Under the pieces are notes generated by a model. It was not told the origin of the DNA. It was given only the letters and a program-made list of their open reading frames with translations, and ran no database searches. A stretch of DNA of 64,000 nucleotides, from positions 8,673-72,672 of the forward strand of contig CAWBHS010000002.1 of assembly GCA_963788655.1 (NCBI GenBank), in the 5' to 3' direction. The stretch is from an uncultured Verrucomicrobiae bacterium. GTDB taxonomy: Bacteria > Verrucomicrobiota > Verrucomicrobiia > Limisphaerales > JAFGQR01. Below, in pieces: positions 45,912-58,397 of this stretch. The first letter of the stretch is position 1. Each line of letters starts with the position of its first letter. Made by a program: the position numbers and the translations under genes.

Positions 45912-46703
45912 TCATCGTTTAATCACCACCGTGCCGCAGATCATGTCCGTCAACGAACGCTTCCGCTGGTCGAAAAACACCGTCAAATGACCCAGCCCAG
46001 CGGTAAACGTATTGACCAACGCGATTACCAGAATCCGCGCCAACGCCCGCCACGTACCGACCATGGCGCCCGACGGAGTGACGATCTGGAGCCGGAGGAG
46101 TTTCATCACCGGCGTAGCCCCCTCCCGGCCAATGCGGCCGACGAAATAGTTCAAGACCCACAACAACGCACAGACCGCGCCGATCAGCATGATGCCCAAT
46201 TGAGTTTGTCGCTCGGGGAAATAATTCGTGGCCAACCAATACATACCAAACAGAAAGGCGCCGGCCACCGCGTTGCAAACAATTCCATCGAGCACAAACG
46301 CCACCAGACGCAGGATGGGACTGGCATAGACCATTGGCGGTCCTTCTCCGCGAAGCTGCCGCTCGTAGCCCACCTGGCATTTCGGGCACAAGGTCATGGT
46401 GCCGATGGTGACCGTTTGACTGGCGGGCACCTCGGCGCCGCAACGCAAGCAAGTGACCAGGGGTTTGGAAACCGCAGCCGGGGTGGTGGTGATCTCGATC
46501 TTCACTTCGGGCGCTGGGGGCGAAGTCGGCGGGACTGCTCCCGCTTGGCTGGCGGACACCTCCCGGTACCTTTTCCAATCCGTCATGCCGTCGGCCCAAA
46601 CGTAAGTATCCGGTCCGATCGTCCCGCGCTGGGCGAGTTCGGTCAATTCGGGTTCGGTGACCGGGCCGCGTTGTTCGCTGTTTTCAAGGTAATACCAGTT
46701 CAT
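45912..46703 (-). CDS. GYF_2 (DUF4339) plus RDD family membrane protein
   Basis: WYY....QRGPV...T.VW.DGM.DW; two CxxC motifs; YAS...[17 protein letters not shown]. Confidence 0.85.
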   Translation of the reverse strand: MNWYYLENSEQRGPVTEPELTELAQRGTIGPDTYVWADGMTDWKRYREVSASQAGAVPPTSPPAPEVKIEITTTPAAVSKPLVTCLRCGAEVPASQTVTIGTMTLCPKCQVGYERQLRGEGPPMVYASPILRLVAFVLDGIVCNAVAGAFLFGMYWLATNYFPERQTQLGIMLIGAVCALLWVLNYFVGRIGREGATPVMKLLRLQIVTPSGAMVGTWRALARILVIALVNTFTAGLGHLTVFFDQRKRSLTDMICGTVVIKR

Positions 46704-46930
46704 GGCAAGGGAATCAGTCGGCCCCGATTCGTGACTCTGCGATCAGTAGTTTCATTCTTTTGATCAAGAGCAAGCTTGTTTCCCAGTTTGCGGGAATGCA
46801 AAGCAAAAGCGTGAAGCGAGACGACCGCGAAAGCGGCAGCAAACTCCGTGCGTCTCCATACGCTTCGCGGCTTCGCGGCTTAGCAGCGTTTCTTGACATC
46901 GAGAGGCGGTTCACAGACAGTTTCCGGCTT

Positions 46931-48379
46931 ATGGCTGACACCAAAAGCAATGATTTGATGGAGAAAATTGTCTCCTTGTGCAAGCGCCGTGGCTTCATTT
47001 TCCAGTCGTCCGAAATCTACGGTGGCATCAACGGCTTCTGGGACTACGGTCCGCTCGGCGCCGAGCTCAAGCGGAACATCAAGGATTGCTGGTGGCGCAG
47101 CATGACCCAGCAGCGTGACGACATAGCCGGCCTGGACGCCACCATCATCATGCACCCCAACATTTGGAAGGCTTCCGGACACGTCGATACGTTCACCGAT
47201 CCGATGGTCGATTGCAAAACCTGCAAAGGCCGGTTCCGGGCCGATCAGTTGGCCGAAACACCCTGTCCGGAGAAGCCCAGCCGAATGGTGTCCCAATGCC
47301 ATGGGGAGAAAACGGAGGCGCGCAAATTCAACCTGATGTTCAAGACCTATGTCGGTCCGGTTGAAAGCGAAGACAACGTGGCGTATCTGCGTCCCGAAAC
47401 GGCCCAGGCCATTTTCGCGCAATTCAAGACGGTGCTGGAAGTTTCCCGCCAGAAGGTCCCGTTCGGTATTTGCCAAGTCGGCAAAGCCTTTCGCAACGAA
47501 ATCAATCCCCGCAACTTCACCTTCCGTTCCCGCGAGTTCGAGCAAATGGAAGTCGAGTTTTTCATTCGGCCGGACGAGGTGGTGCAGCAAGTGTCCGGCT
47601 CCGTAGCCGCGCTGGCCGATCAACCGGACCTGACGGCGCCGCAAGCGAACTGGGGCTGGGAAGTCTGGCACAAGTATTGGGTCGAGGAACGGATTCGCTG
47701 GTATGAAAGCATCGGCCTGCCGCGCGCCGCGTTGATCGAATACTGGCAGCAGAAAGACGAACTGGCCCATTACGCCAAAGCCACGGTGGATATTCTCTAC
47801 AAGTTCCCCTTCGGCGACCAGGAACTCGAGGGCATTGCCGCCCGCGGCGATTTCGATTTGACCCAGCACCAGAAGTTCAGCGGCAAGTCCCAGGAATATT
47901 TCGACGATGAAGCCAAAGTTAAGTATCTCCCGCACGTCATCGAGCCCAGCGCGGGCGTGGACCGCCTGGCCCTGGCGCTGATCTGCCAGGCCTATTGCGA
48001 AGACGAGGCGCCCAACGAAAAAGGCCAGATGGAGAAGCGCGTGGTGATGAAGTTCCATCCGCGCATAGCGCCCATCAAGGTGGCGGTACTGCCCCTGCTC
48101 AAGAATCGTCCCGAACTCGTCGCCAAGGCCCACGAAGTTCGCAACCTGCTGCGCCCGCACATGTCGGTATTCTACGATGATGCCGGCGCGATTGGCCGCC
48201 GTTACCGCCGTCAGGACGAGGCGGGGACGCCCTTTGGCGTGACGGTGGACTTCGACACGCTCGGCGAAAAAGGACCGGAACTGAAGGACACCGTAACGCT
48301 ACGCGACCGCGACACCATGAAACAGGAACGGATGAAGATCGACGAACTGGTGCCGTTCCTGGTGGCGCGGATTCGGTAG
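46931..48379 (+). CDS. glyQS: Glycine--tRNA ligase (alpha2 type)
   Basis: [67 protein letters not shown]. Confidence 0.97.
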   Translation: MADTKSNDLMEKIVSLCKRRGFIFQSSEIYGGINGFWDYGPLGAELKRNIKDCWWRSMTQQRDDIAGLDATIIMHPNIWKASGHVDTFTDPMVDCKTCKGRFRADQLAETPCPEKPSRMVSQCHGEKTEARKFNLMFKTYVGPVESEDNVAYLRPETAQAIFAQFKTVLEVSRQKVPFGICQVGKAFRNEINPRNFTFRSREFEQMEVEFFIRPDEVVQQVSGSVAALADQPDLTAPQANWGWEVWHKYWVEERIRWYESIGLPRAALIEYWQQKDELAHYAKATVDILYKFPFGDQELEGIAARGDFDLTQHQKFSGKSQEYFDDEAKVKYLPHVIEPSAGVDRLALALICQAYCEDEAPNEKGQMEKRVVMKFHPRIAPIKVAVLPLLKNRPELVAKAHEVRNLLRPHMSVFYDDAGAIGRRYRRQDEAGTPFGVTVDFDTLGEKGPELKDTVTLRDRDTMKQERMKIDELVPFLVARIR

Positions 48380-48424
48380 CATCGCCGGCCCCGCAAGCAG
48401 GTGGCAGCCGACGCAGAGAATGAA

Positions 48425-49480
48425 ATGAGCAACCCGGCAAAAATCTCGTATGCGTTCATCGCGCTGCTGCTGTTGTTGGTCTGCGTGCTGCACCTTTCGA
48501 CGCCGTTCATCACGGTGCTGTTCTCCTATTTCGCGCTGAACAAACTCCGGTTCGGCCGCGGGAAAGGATTGTCGGTTGTATTGTTCCTGTTGCTGGTGCT
48601 GGCCTTGGGATACGGCTCTTATTATTTTGTGAAGAAGGCCTACGTGGCGTTGCCCAAGATCGCCACCACCACCATCCCGGTGATCATCGAATACGCGGAG
48701 AAACAAGGCGTCGAACTGCCCTTCACGGACTACCAAAGCCTCAAGGTACAGGCGGTGGAAAGCATCAAGACGAAAGTGGCCGGCCTGGGGCAATACGCCA
48801 AGCACGTGGTGATGGAGGTGGCGGCGTTCCTCATCGGCTTGGCCGCCGCGGTCAGCTTGTTCATCAATGCCCGCTGGCAAACGGAACCCACACCTCGGGC
48901 CGCGCGTGACAATTTGTACACCTCGAGTTGGAAGGAAATCTCGAAACGGTTTCGGACGTTTTACAGCAGCTTCAGCAAAGTCATGGGCGCCCAGATTGTG
49001 ATCTCGGGCATCAATACCTCCCTCACCGCCGTCTTTCTCCTGTGGAACCAGTTTCCTTTCGCCGGCGTCATCATCGTGCTGACGTTTCTGTGCGGCCTGC
49101 TGCCCATCGTTGGCAACCTCATCAGCAACACCCTCATCCTCGGCGTCGCGCTGACCATTTCCCCGAAGCTCGCACTGCTGGCCTTGATCTTCCTGGTGGT
49201 GCTGCACAAGCTCGAGTATTTCCTGAACAGCAAGATCATTGGTGACCGCATCAAGAATCCCATGTGGTTGACGTTGCTGGGTTTGATCCTGGGCGAAAAA
49301 CTGATGGGCATTCCCGGCATGATCCTGGCCCCGGTGATGTTGCATTACATTAAGATCGAGGCCTCGCGCGGCCGGGTTTCCGCGCTGCGCACAAGTCCGG
49401 CGCCGTCTGCGCCCGCGAACAATCTCTCCGAACTACCCCGGGACAGGGTGACGCAAGGCGTTGCAGAGTTGAAACGTTAA
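48425..49480 (+). CDS. AI-2E family transporter
   Basis: Multi-TM protein; AQIVISGINT, LLPIVGNLISN, HKLEYFLNSKIIG, GIPGMILAP. Confidence 0.88.
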   Translation: MSNPAKISYAFIALLLLLVCVLHLSTPFITVLFSYFALNKLRFGRGKGLSVVLFLLLVLALGYGSYYFVKKAYVALPKIATTTIPVIIEYAEKQGVELPFTDYQSLKVQAVESIKTKVAGLGQYAKHVVMEVAAFLIGLAAAVSLFINARWQTEPTPRAARDNLYTSSWKEISKRFRTFYSSFSKVMGAQIVISGINTSLTAVFLLWNQFPFAGVIIVLTFLCGLLPIVGNLISNTLILGVALTISPKLALLALIFLVVLHKLEYFLNSKIIGDRIKNPMWLTLLGLILGEKLMGIPGMILAPVMLHYIKIEASRGRVSALRTSPAPSAPANNLSELPRDRVTQGVAELKR

Positions 49481-49507
49481 TCGGGGTAAAAGGAAGAAGC
49501 CCCATGA

Positions 49508-49682
49508 TGGTAGGGCGAGACTCCGTCGAGTCCTGATTTCCCCGCATGGCTTCCGAATACCTGAATCCTAAAATCGCCGGAGGCGTTTTGCCGCTCGAAC
49601 GCTATGGATTTCCCCTTACAAGCCATTCAATTGACGAATGCGCTCAGGAATTGTCAGGGCTCGACGGAGTCTCGCCCTACCA
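49508..49682. repeat. Second copy of the GTAGGGCGAG REPIN, opposite orientation
   Basis: Inverted ends 49508-49536 / 49654-49682; spacer is homologous to that of 27696-27867. Confidence 0.8.
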
Positions 49683-49849
49683 GGAATCTGGCGATGGTTC
49701 GAAATGGGATCCGCATTCGGAAATCGGAAATCGGATTTCGTAATTCGGTCTTCGGGCTTTAGTGCGCTCCATCGCGGCTGAGTCGGTTCCAGGTTTGCGG
49801 TTGACGAACTCCCTGCCCCCGGCTTTGATGCCCGCAACTTCAATCCATT

Positions 49850-51493
49850 ATGAAATCAGAACGAGCATTCTCGGTAAGTCCTGAAGGCGAAAAGTTCTTC
49901 CTCCCTTCCCCCACTGACTACAAGAAAGAGTTCGCCCGTCTGCAACGACTGGCGGCGCAAAACCGCAAACAAGGCAAGGAAATCGTGGTGGTCGTTGGCC
50001 TCGGTTTTGTGGGCGCGGTGATGGCCGCCGTCGTCGCCGATGCCAAGAACAAGGAAGGCCACAGCACGAAATTCGTCATCGGCATGCAACGGCCCAGCAG
50101 CCGAAGCTACTGGAAGACGCCGTTGCTCAATCGCGGGGTGTCGCCGGTCAAGGCCGAAGATCCCGAGGTGGCGATGATGATTGCGCGCTGCGTCAAGAAG
50201 CAAAAGACGCTGGTCGCCACCTATACCGAGGAAGCGTTGAAACTAGCCGACGTGGTGGTGGTGGACGTGCAATGCGATTACCTCAAGGAATCGCTCGGCA
50301 ATGTCCGCACCGGCGCCGCGGACATGGAAGCCCTCGAGGCGTCCCTGGGCACCATCGCCCAGCACGTCCCGCCGGAGGCACTCGTATTGATCGAAACCAC
50401 CGTGGCGCCCGGGACGACCGAGCAAGTGGCCTATCCGATCATGAAGAAAATCTTCGAGCGCCGCGGGATCAAGTCCGAACCGTTGCTGGCGCACAGTTAC
50501 GAGCGCGTCATGCCAGGCCGGAATTACGTGGCCTCGATCCGCGATTTCTGGCGCGTGTGCAGCGGAATCAACGACAAGGCTCGTAAGCGCGTGGTGCGAT
50601 TTCTCACAGACGTGCTCAATACCGAGCAATTCCCGTTGACGGTCCTGGACCGCCCCATTGAATCGGAAACCGCAAAGATCGTGGAGAACAGTTATCGCGC
50701 CACGATCCTGGCGTTCCTGGATGAGTGGTCTTTGTTCGCCGAGCGCAACGGGGTGGACCTCAAAAAGGTCATAGAAGCCATCAAGGTGCGCCCGACCCAT
50801 TCGAACTTGATTTTCCCCGGCCCTGGCATCGGTGGCTACTGCTTGCCTAAGGACGGCGGACTGGGCATGTGGGCTTACAAACACATCTTTGGCTGGGAAG
50901 ATGACATCTTCAAAATTACCCCGGCCGCGGTGGACATCAACGACACGCGCTCGTTGCATCCGCCGCAACTGGTCCGCGATGCCCTCCGCAACATGGGCAA
51001 GCCGCTGGCTGCCGCGGACATCCTGTTATTGGGCGCCTCCTACCGGGAGGACGTTGGCGACACGCGTTACAGTGGCTCGGAGATCATCGTGCGCAAGCTC
51101 GTGGAAATGGGCGCCAACGTCACCGTACATGATCCCTACGTCGAGCATTGGTGGGAATTCGAAGCGCAGGATGGTTACCCGTCCACCGGCTATAGTTTGT
51201 CGCGATTCTTCGCCCGCCAGGATGGTCTAAAAGATCTGCGCATCGAACCGGACCTTGGGAAAGCGCTGAAAGGCGTGGATGCCGTCGTGTTAGGGGTGCG
51301 CCACAAGGATTACCTGACGCTCAATCCCGACAAAGTGTTCAAGTGTGTCGGCCGGCCGTTTGCCCTAATCGATTGCTTTTGCATCCTGAACGACGACCAA
51401 ATTCGCCGCTACTTCGAATTGGGCTGCGAAGTCAAAGGCATGGGGCGCGGGCATATCCGGCGAATCAAAGACAGCGTGCGGGCCCAGCGGTAA
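49850..51493 (+). CDS. Nucleotide-sugar dehydrogenase (UDP-glucose/GDP-mannose dehydrogenase family)
   Basis: VVGLGFVG, ETTVAPGTT, ERVMPG, KIVENSYR, PGPGIGGYCLPKD, LGASYREDVGDTR. Confidence 0.92.
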   Translation: MKSERAFSVSPEGEKFFLPSPTDYKKEFARLQRLAAQNRKQGKEIVVVVGLGFVGAVMAAVVADAKNKEGHSTKFVIGMQRPSSRSYWKTPLLNRGVSPVKAEDPEVAMMIARCVKKQKTLVATYTEEALKLADVVVVDVQCDYLKESLGNVRTGAADMEALEASLGTIAQHVPPEALVLIETTVAPGTTEQVAYPIMKKIFERRGIKSEPLLAHSYERVMPGRNYVASIRDFWRVCSGINDKARKRVVRFLTDVLNTEQFPLTVLDRPIESETAKIVENSYRATILAFLDEWSLFAERNGVDLKKVIEAIKVRPTHSNLIFPGPGIGGYCLPKDGGLGMWAYKHIFGWEDDIFKITPAAVDINDTRSLHPPQLVRDALRNMGKPLAAADILLLGASYREDVGDTRYSGSEIIVRKLVEMGANVTVHDPYVEHWWEFEAQDGYPSTGYSLSRFFARQDGLKDLRIEPDLGKALKGVDAVVLGVRHKDYLTLNPDKVFKCVGRPFALIDCFCILNDDQIRRYFELGCEVKGMGRGHIRRIKDSVRAQR

Positions 51494-51662
51494 CGGCGCA
51501 CCTTACCCGGAACATTTGATTTCAAACCGGCTGCTCAAGGTGAGCCGTCGGACGGAGTGCCGATGGAAAGCTTGGGTGTTGAAGCAAGTGTTTGCGCTCT
51601 TCGTGCCTTGGCGGTGAATAGAGCCAATTGCCTGCAACTCACCTCAGTAGCGGGACCTACCC

Positions 51663-54290
51663 TCAAATGCCCAGTGGGCGCTTCAATCGCACTACCTTTT
51701 TCACGGTTCCCTTGGTCGGTAGTTCCAACGTGCCTGTTTGCCCGGACCAACCGTCGAGATGCCACACGATCTTCTCCGGTGGATTACGGCGGGGTGGGGT
51801 CAGGCGCAAGCGGCCTTCGGTGCCGTCCTTGGTCACTTCAAACTTAAGGCTCAACGGACCAAACTCAGTCGCAATCTCTTTCATTTCGGTCACGGCGCCG
51901 GGGCGGCGCCCATTTGGCCGGGAAACCTTCGAACAAGTGCAGTTGGTTACCCCGTTCCAAGGCCAGGCAGTGGCGCGTCAGCGGATGAACTCGGCGCTGG
52001 CCCAATTGTGCGGCATGTCGCCCACCATCTGGTCGCCCTGCCCTTGCGGCTTATGCTCCTCGCGCCAGCACAGCAGTGGCGACGCATGATTGCCGAAGGC
52101 GTACAACGTGCGCACCGCCTTTTGGCCGTCGCCCAACCACAACCAGGCGTGTCCGTAAAACGAGCCGAAGTAATTCCAAATCCCGTTCTTCAGCCAACCG
52201 GTATCGAGTACCAATCCTTCCTTTTCCACGGCGCGCAACATCGCCATGTTGCCGCGAACCAGCGGATCGTCCGGCGGAAAAACCTGGCCGGGATACACGG
52301 CGTGCAGGAAGGCCCATTGCGCTTTCTGCGGCGGAATGCCTTCGCCCTTCGCCATGCGAATGGGCAGGTAACGGTTGCCGTGCGTGTCGATCTTCATATC
52401 ACGTTCGGCGGCCCGGCGGAAGGTCGCGTAGAAGTCGTCGTATTCCTTTTGCCAGGCGGCCGATTCATCCGTTTTGCCCAGCCAACGCGCGGCGCCAACG
52501 GCGGCGCGCATCCCGGCCATGGTCCAATAGATGTTCGTGTATTCGGGCACGCGGTCGGACAGACCGCCGTCGCTGAAACCATCAGGAATCAGCCCCGCGT
52601 TCGGCGCGTCGGCGGGGGGCATCTGACGCATCTTCTCGATGAAGGCAAAGCCGCGTTCGACCTTGGGCCAGACTTCGCGCAGCCACGCCTGGTCACCGGT
52701 CAAGCGCGCATGGCGCGTCACGGCCCAGAGAACAATCCCGGTTTCCTTCCAATGACCGTTGATCAACATGAAGCTGCCATCGTCGCGCTGGAAATTGAGC
52801 AAATACTTGATGCCGGCGCGCGTCTCGTCCGCCCGTCCGAGATACGTTATCGCCTCCAACAGAAACGAACCATCGACCACCCACAATCCGCGGTAGCACG
52901 TCGGCCCCACCTGGAACGCGGGCAGTCCCTGTTTGATCTCACGCGCCTGGTAAATGTTGCGAATCGAAGAATCCAGCAGCGCCTGCACCCCGGCATCCGG
53001 CACCACCAGACGATCGTAAGGCAGGTCGGATTTGGCCCAATACTTCTCGGCTTTCTTCCGGGCGGATTGGGCGTCGGCAACGCTCGTGGGAAACACCGCC
53101 GGATCATCACCGCGCCCAATGCCGAACACCAACGTCCGCGTGCCTCGCGGCGGCAGGCTGAACGGCGCGAACACCGGACCGCCTTGCTTGTCGGTGGTCA
53201 GCCAACCGCCGGGAATGAAGAGCTTCGTATCCGATCTCACGCGCACAAGGTTGTCGTAAGGATTGGGCCAGACGGGACCATCGGTTTCGAGGCGCAGCCG
53301 GGGCGCGACCTTGACCGCCTGGCCCGAGGGATTGCGCAACGTCACGATCATCAGATCATGCCGCGGCTTCTGGCCAGTGGGCAGTCGATCCACCCCACAC
53401 GCCACCCGCACCAGCGGTGCCTGGTCAAACGGCCCGCCGCGCATGACTGTTTCCGTCGCGGGCGTTTCACCGGCGCGAAACACCCAGAGCAGGTTGAGAA
53501 TGGTGTTCTTGTCCGGAGAATCTTTGGCCGCGGCCACAGCGAGATTGACATAACCATCCTCATTTTCGTCCTGCGCATCGAAGCTGAAGACCGCGGAGAT
53601 ATTGCGGCCTTTCTCCTTCACCAGATCGACCGTTTGGCGGGTCTTGCCTTCGACCTGGAGGTCCAACACCCGCGCGCCGCCATTGGTATGGTAACCTTCG
53701 CACAAGCCGAACATCACCGTGAACCGTTCGCCCGGCTTGGCGGGAAAACGATATTCAATGGGGCCGTTCCAGCCGATGGCCACGTGCCCGAAGTCCGGAT
53801 CGCACGGCCCCTGGGGATTCGCCCAGTCGCGCTGCCCGGTGTTGGCGCCGGTTCGTTGGATGAGCAGGGCGGGGGCGTTGGCCTTCTTGATCGGCGGAAT
53901 CAAGGGAACGACGGCAAAAGTTTCTTCGAGAATTTCGATGGGGCCTGCGGTTTTGAACGTGCGCACAATTGGAATACGCGGCGCCAACAACTCCTGTTTA
54001 ACCCAGGTGGTATTCTCGCCCAGATCAAAGGTGATTTTTGTTCCAAACCCGGCGTGCTTGCCGGGATAGTCGTACAGCAGTCCGCCGTCTTTGGCGACCA
54101 GCGTCTTCTGCCAATCGTCCGGCAGGCAGATGGATGTCTGCCACTGCGGCGGCGCGTAGCGGAAATCGACGGTGCAAGGATCATCCGCCGCCGCGCAGGT
54201 CGGCTGCGGACCAGCCAACACGACCAGCCAGCCAAGGCAATAGGTCAGTGCAAAAGTCAGCGGGAGGGAATTCCATTGGGATCGTTTCAT
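51663..54290 (-). CDS. Secreted six-hairpin glycosidase-like protein with malectin-like insert (frameshift about 51980)
   Basis: SD GGAG and signal peptide; FQVGPTCYRGLWVVDG, EYTNIYW, GDMPHNWASAE|LTRHCLALE..TEFGPLSL. Malectin-like F.E.Y...G.RV.D..VEG. Confidence 0.7.
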
Positions 54291-54424
54291 TGCTGTCTCT
54301 CCAGAGCGGCGCGGCAGCTTTTGGGCCGGAGACTGAATTGTTCGTGTTGCCATGATGGTTGAGAATACATAATCGTCAGCCCATCGTGCAATGTTGACGA
54401 TTTTGGCAGTGCGTTCGGAAGACC

Positions 54425-54614
54425 GCAGGAAAGGCGTCTCGCCTGTCCTGAATTTCCCGGCACGGTCTGTATTACGGAAAAATCTACATCATGGCTGCTG
54501 AATGGCACCAAGCCGGTAGCACAGCATGTCCTCCATTTCCGTCAGCCCATTCAACCTTGATTGCAACAAAGGACGTGCTTTGGACCTTCGGGACAGGCGA
54601 GACGCCTGTCCTAC
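54425..54614. repeat. GTAGGACAGGCGTC-family REP doublet
   Basis: AGGCGTCTCGCCTGTCCTGA / TCGGGACAGGCGAGACGCCTGTCCTAC. Confidence 0.75.
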
Positions 54615-54664
54615 GTGTAGCGCTTCACTGGCTGCGGTGGTTCAAATGGCGAAGTGGACCGGTT

Positions 54665-57600
54665 TCAAAAACTGAATTTGAAGCTCACTGCCAGGGTCCG
54701 GCTGCGCGGCAGGTAGGCGGTCAGGTTTAAGGGATTCAGTCGGTAGTTCTGGTCGGTGAGGTTGAGCAGACCGAGTTGGAGTTCGGCCTGACGGCGGGGG
54801 AAGCGGTATCCGGCAAAGAGGTTGAATTGCCAGAAGTCGTCACCCGGACGGGTGCCGGAGTAGCCGTGGTTGCTCTGGTGGTTCCACAGCGTTTCGAACG
54901 AGCCAAAGAAACCGCACGGATGGTAGTAGTGCGCGGCGAGATGGACCTGGTGGAGCACCGCTTCCCAATCGTAATCCCGCTGCCCACCTGCCGGAAACAT
55001 GGCGCTGGCCGGGACGTCGGTGAGTTGGTAATTCAGTTCGGCCTGGCTCAACCGGTAGCGCGCGCCGAAGGACCAGTGATTGCCCACCAGTTGGTTGAAC
55101 GTGAATACCAAAGTGCGTTCGTCGAAGTCGAGATGCTCGCGCATTTGGCTGGGGCTGATGGTGAACGAGGTTGCCAACAAATCAAACGCTCCGAGCTTGC
55201 GTCCGACCTCCGAGTGCAGCCATTCGCCGGAAAGTCCCAGGAACGTGCCACGTCCGACGCGCTGTTCGAGCGACAGCCCCCAGGTTTCAAACTTGGGCGC
55301 GGCGTTGGCACCGGCGACCGCTTCCGGAATAATGCTGCGCCACGCCTGGTTGAACCCGGCCACTTGGGAGGGTTCGAGCTGAAAGCTTTGATCGAAACTG
55401 ACGCCACCCAGCGACTGCGCATAAGCCGCCCGGACGGTGGTGTTTCCCGACGGTGTCCAAATTAGCCCGGCCTTGGGCGAAACTTGCTCCTTGGTTTCCT
55501 CGTCGCTCGTCCAGAGTGGGGCGAAGCGAAAGTCCTGGGGGAATTCAATCCGGTCATAACTCAAGCCCGCCACCAGCAACAACGGATCCGCCACCTGCCA
55601 TTGGCCATAGGCATAAGCACTGATGCGTTCGAAATCGGAGCTCACCGCTTGCCGGGATAATTGGTCCACCTGCCCGGACAGATTGTAGATGTTCACCAGC
55701 ATGGGATTGATGTTCGTGGGGAAGGTCACCGGCCCATACTGGTTTTTTGCCTCGAAGCGACCTTTTTGGTAGCGCACTCCGCCGATCCAGGTTTGCCGGT
55801 CCCTTTGGAAAATCTGTTGCGCTTCGGCGGTGTAAATTGTGGCGTCGCTGTCGTAAGCCTGTTCGAGCCATAAAGGCAACACTTGGCTGGCCGGATTGCT
55901 CAGGTTGGTCTTCACCAGCAAGCTGATTTGCTGCTCAGGATTCATCACCTCGAAGTGGTCCGCCAAACGGCCCGCCAGGAACAGTGTGTGATTGCCCGGA
56001 GCCCATTCATGGTGCCAACCGGCCAGCAGCAACGGTTCCTGACGTTCCTTGACGCGCAGTCCCAGGTTGGCATCGGCTTGATCGTAGTACCGGCGCCACG
56101 TCGCCGGCTTTGGCGTGGTAATCGATGGCTTGAAAATATAAATCATCCTGCGGCGTGATTTGCTGTTTGAGCCGCAGGGAAAGACTCAGTTGCTCCAGGT
56201 CATTGTTCGGACGATGCCCATTCTCGTAGCGGTACAACATATCAATGGCATACGCGGTGCCGCCGTAACGGCCGTATTGGGCGGCGTTTTGCAGCCAGTC
56301 CCCGCTGCTGCGATATTCCGTGCTGGAAACCAAGCCCAGGCGATTCTCGTCGAACAGGCGCGCATACTCCTGTTGCGACACTTGTGGCGACAACGTCCCC
56401 GCGCCCACGGGCGCCAATAAATTGGCCACCAGGTATTCACTCAACCAGGGCGTTTCGTAGCGGAGATTGATCTGCCGCGGATCGCGCAGTCCGTTGTAGC
56501 TGTCCGCCAGGAAGAGGTGCGCCGAATAATTCGCGTAATCGGTGTTCACCGCGCGGGCGGCTTCCCGGACACTCACATCCTGCATTCCGGCATCCTGGTA
56601 AATGCGGGCCTTGTTCGCGCCGCGCACCGCCCGGTCCTGGTCCAGCAACAAGCGCGAGCGATAGACGCCGCGATTGTCATTGAGCGCCTGCGATTGTTCG
56701 AGGTCGCGCAAGGCTTCGTTGATGCGGTTGCGTTGCTCGTTGATCAGCGCGGAATAAAGCCAGGCGGTCGGATCTTTGGGATCTAACCGTTTGGCCAAAG
56801 TCAGCTCGTGCATGGCGCGCCGGTCGTCGCCCGTGTGACTGAAGGCCTTGCCCAGGTAACTGCGAAACAGGGCGCGTTGCGGTTCCCGTGCCGCGGCCAC
56901 CAACAGATCGTCACGCCCGGCTTTGGCCTGGCCGAGTTGGATCCGACACAAGCCGCGTCCCAGCCAGGCATTGCCCAATGCGCCGTCCAGCGCAATCGCG
57001 CGTTCAAACCAATTGACCGCCTGATGCATTCGGTTTTCCGAACTGAGCAAGAAACCTTTCAGCGCCACCGCCTGGGCGTTGCGCGGTGACAAGTCCAATC
57101 CACGCTCCAAGTCGCGTTTCGCCGGCTCAATCCGACCAAAACCAAACTCCAATTCCGCAACGCGCGCCCAGGCAAAGCCGAACGCCGGGGCTTGGCGAGT
57201 TGCTCGACGGGCTGCCTCCAAGGCGTTTTCCAATTCTCCCCGCGACTGCTGATAGTATGATTCCGCCAACCACTCCGTCGCCAATTCTCCTCCCTCGCCC
57301 CCAACGGGGGAATAGACTTGGAATTTCACCGCCGCAATCAACTTCCGCAACGCTTCCGCCAGTCTGAGTTCTGTCCTCTGGCTTCCGTCCTCTGTCCTTT
57401 GTCCACCGACTTCCTCCAACAGCGTTTCCGCATCGGCAACTTGCCCAACCGCCAACAACAATCCCGCCCGATAGACCTTCTCCGCCGGTGACGCCGGTTG
57501 CCGTCCCGCCGGATACTGGTCCAACGCCGCCAGTAGATCACCGCTGCGGTAGGCGGCCAGCGAGGCGTTCAAGGCCTGTCGTTCCTCCGCGCCAAGTTGG

Positions 57601-58397
57601 AGTTCGTCCGGCTCCAGCACGCCAGGATAGTAAAGCATCCATTGGATGACATTGATGGCGTTGACGACGGCGGTCCTCGTCGGCGGCTGGCCTGGCTCGG
57701 CAATGCCCTGTTCGCCGCTGGCCAATCGAATTGTTCCGGCGCGGTTGCTCAAATCCACCGTGCCATCGAACATCGTCACGACTGTCCGGCCATTGTCGTC
57801 CACGGCGAAATTGAACTCGGTGCCGCGAATGGCCGCCACGGCGGTCTTGGATTTGAACTCGACGTCCGCCGGTTTGCCGCGATGGAAGAAATAGGAGATG
57901 CCCTTGAGCAGCGTGAAAATCGCGGAGGGTTTGGTGGTGGGCGGCGGCGGTTCGATCAGAAATTCGCTCCGTTCGCCAATGGGCACCACGCTCAGGTCGC
58001 TTAACCGCAGGGTCACGCGGCTGCTGGGGCCGGTGCGACCGCGGTCACCGGGACGCAACACTTGGTTCGTGTAAGCCGGATCCCAATCCACGGCGCCAGC
58101 GCGGGAAATCTCGACCTTGCCTTCCAAGTCCAGAATCAGCACCGGCGAGGGTGATTTGGCATTGGTGGATTCGCTTTGGCTGAATGCGTTGCCGGAGAAA
58201 AGGCAAAGTAGCAACAGCGCGAGGACGGCGTTGAAGCGTTGGAGGGTGGAAGGGTGGAAGAGTGGAAGGGTGGGGGCGGATCGCCTTCTACGCTCATCGG
58301 AGCGCGGACATTCCTGTCCGCATTCGGTCGATCCCGGGCATGCAGGCGGACAGGAATGTCCGCGCTCCGATACCCGCTCCTGTGCGAATGGCTTCAT
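54665..58397 (-). CDS. FecR + TPR + TonB-receptor-like beta-barrel outer membrane protein (frameshift about 56092)
   Basis: FecR motifs GD.GRTG..SR, AAIRGTEF; multiple TPRs; YRSRLLLDQD.A. Barrel motifs SPKAGLIW, NLTDQNY, terminal FKFSF. Confidence 0.85.
58296..58371. repeat. REP doublet GGAGCGCGGACATTCCTGTCCGC inside a coding 5' end
   Basis: Perfect 26-bp inverted repeat 58296-58321 / 58346-58371. Second doublet at 61563-61632. Confidence 0.9.

Noticed and set aside
51978..51980. TGA as selenocysteine or readthrough in the glycosidase
   Set aside because: The plausible protein continues in a different frame (LTRHCLALE), so this is a missing base and not readthrough.
51738..54362. 874-aa plus-strand ORF (and other long antisense ORFs such as 22960-24525, 8895-10373, 28424-29878)
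   Set aside because: Shadow ORFs antisense to well-supported genes, expected in high-GC DNA; no recognisable motifs.
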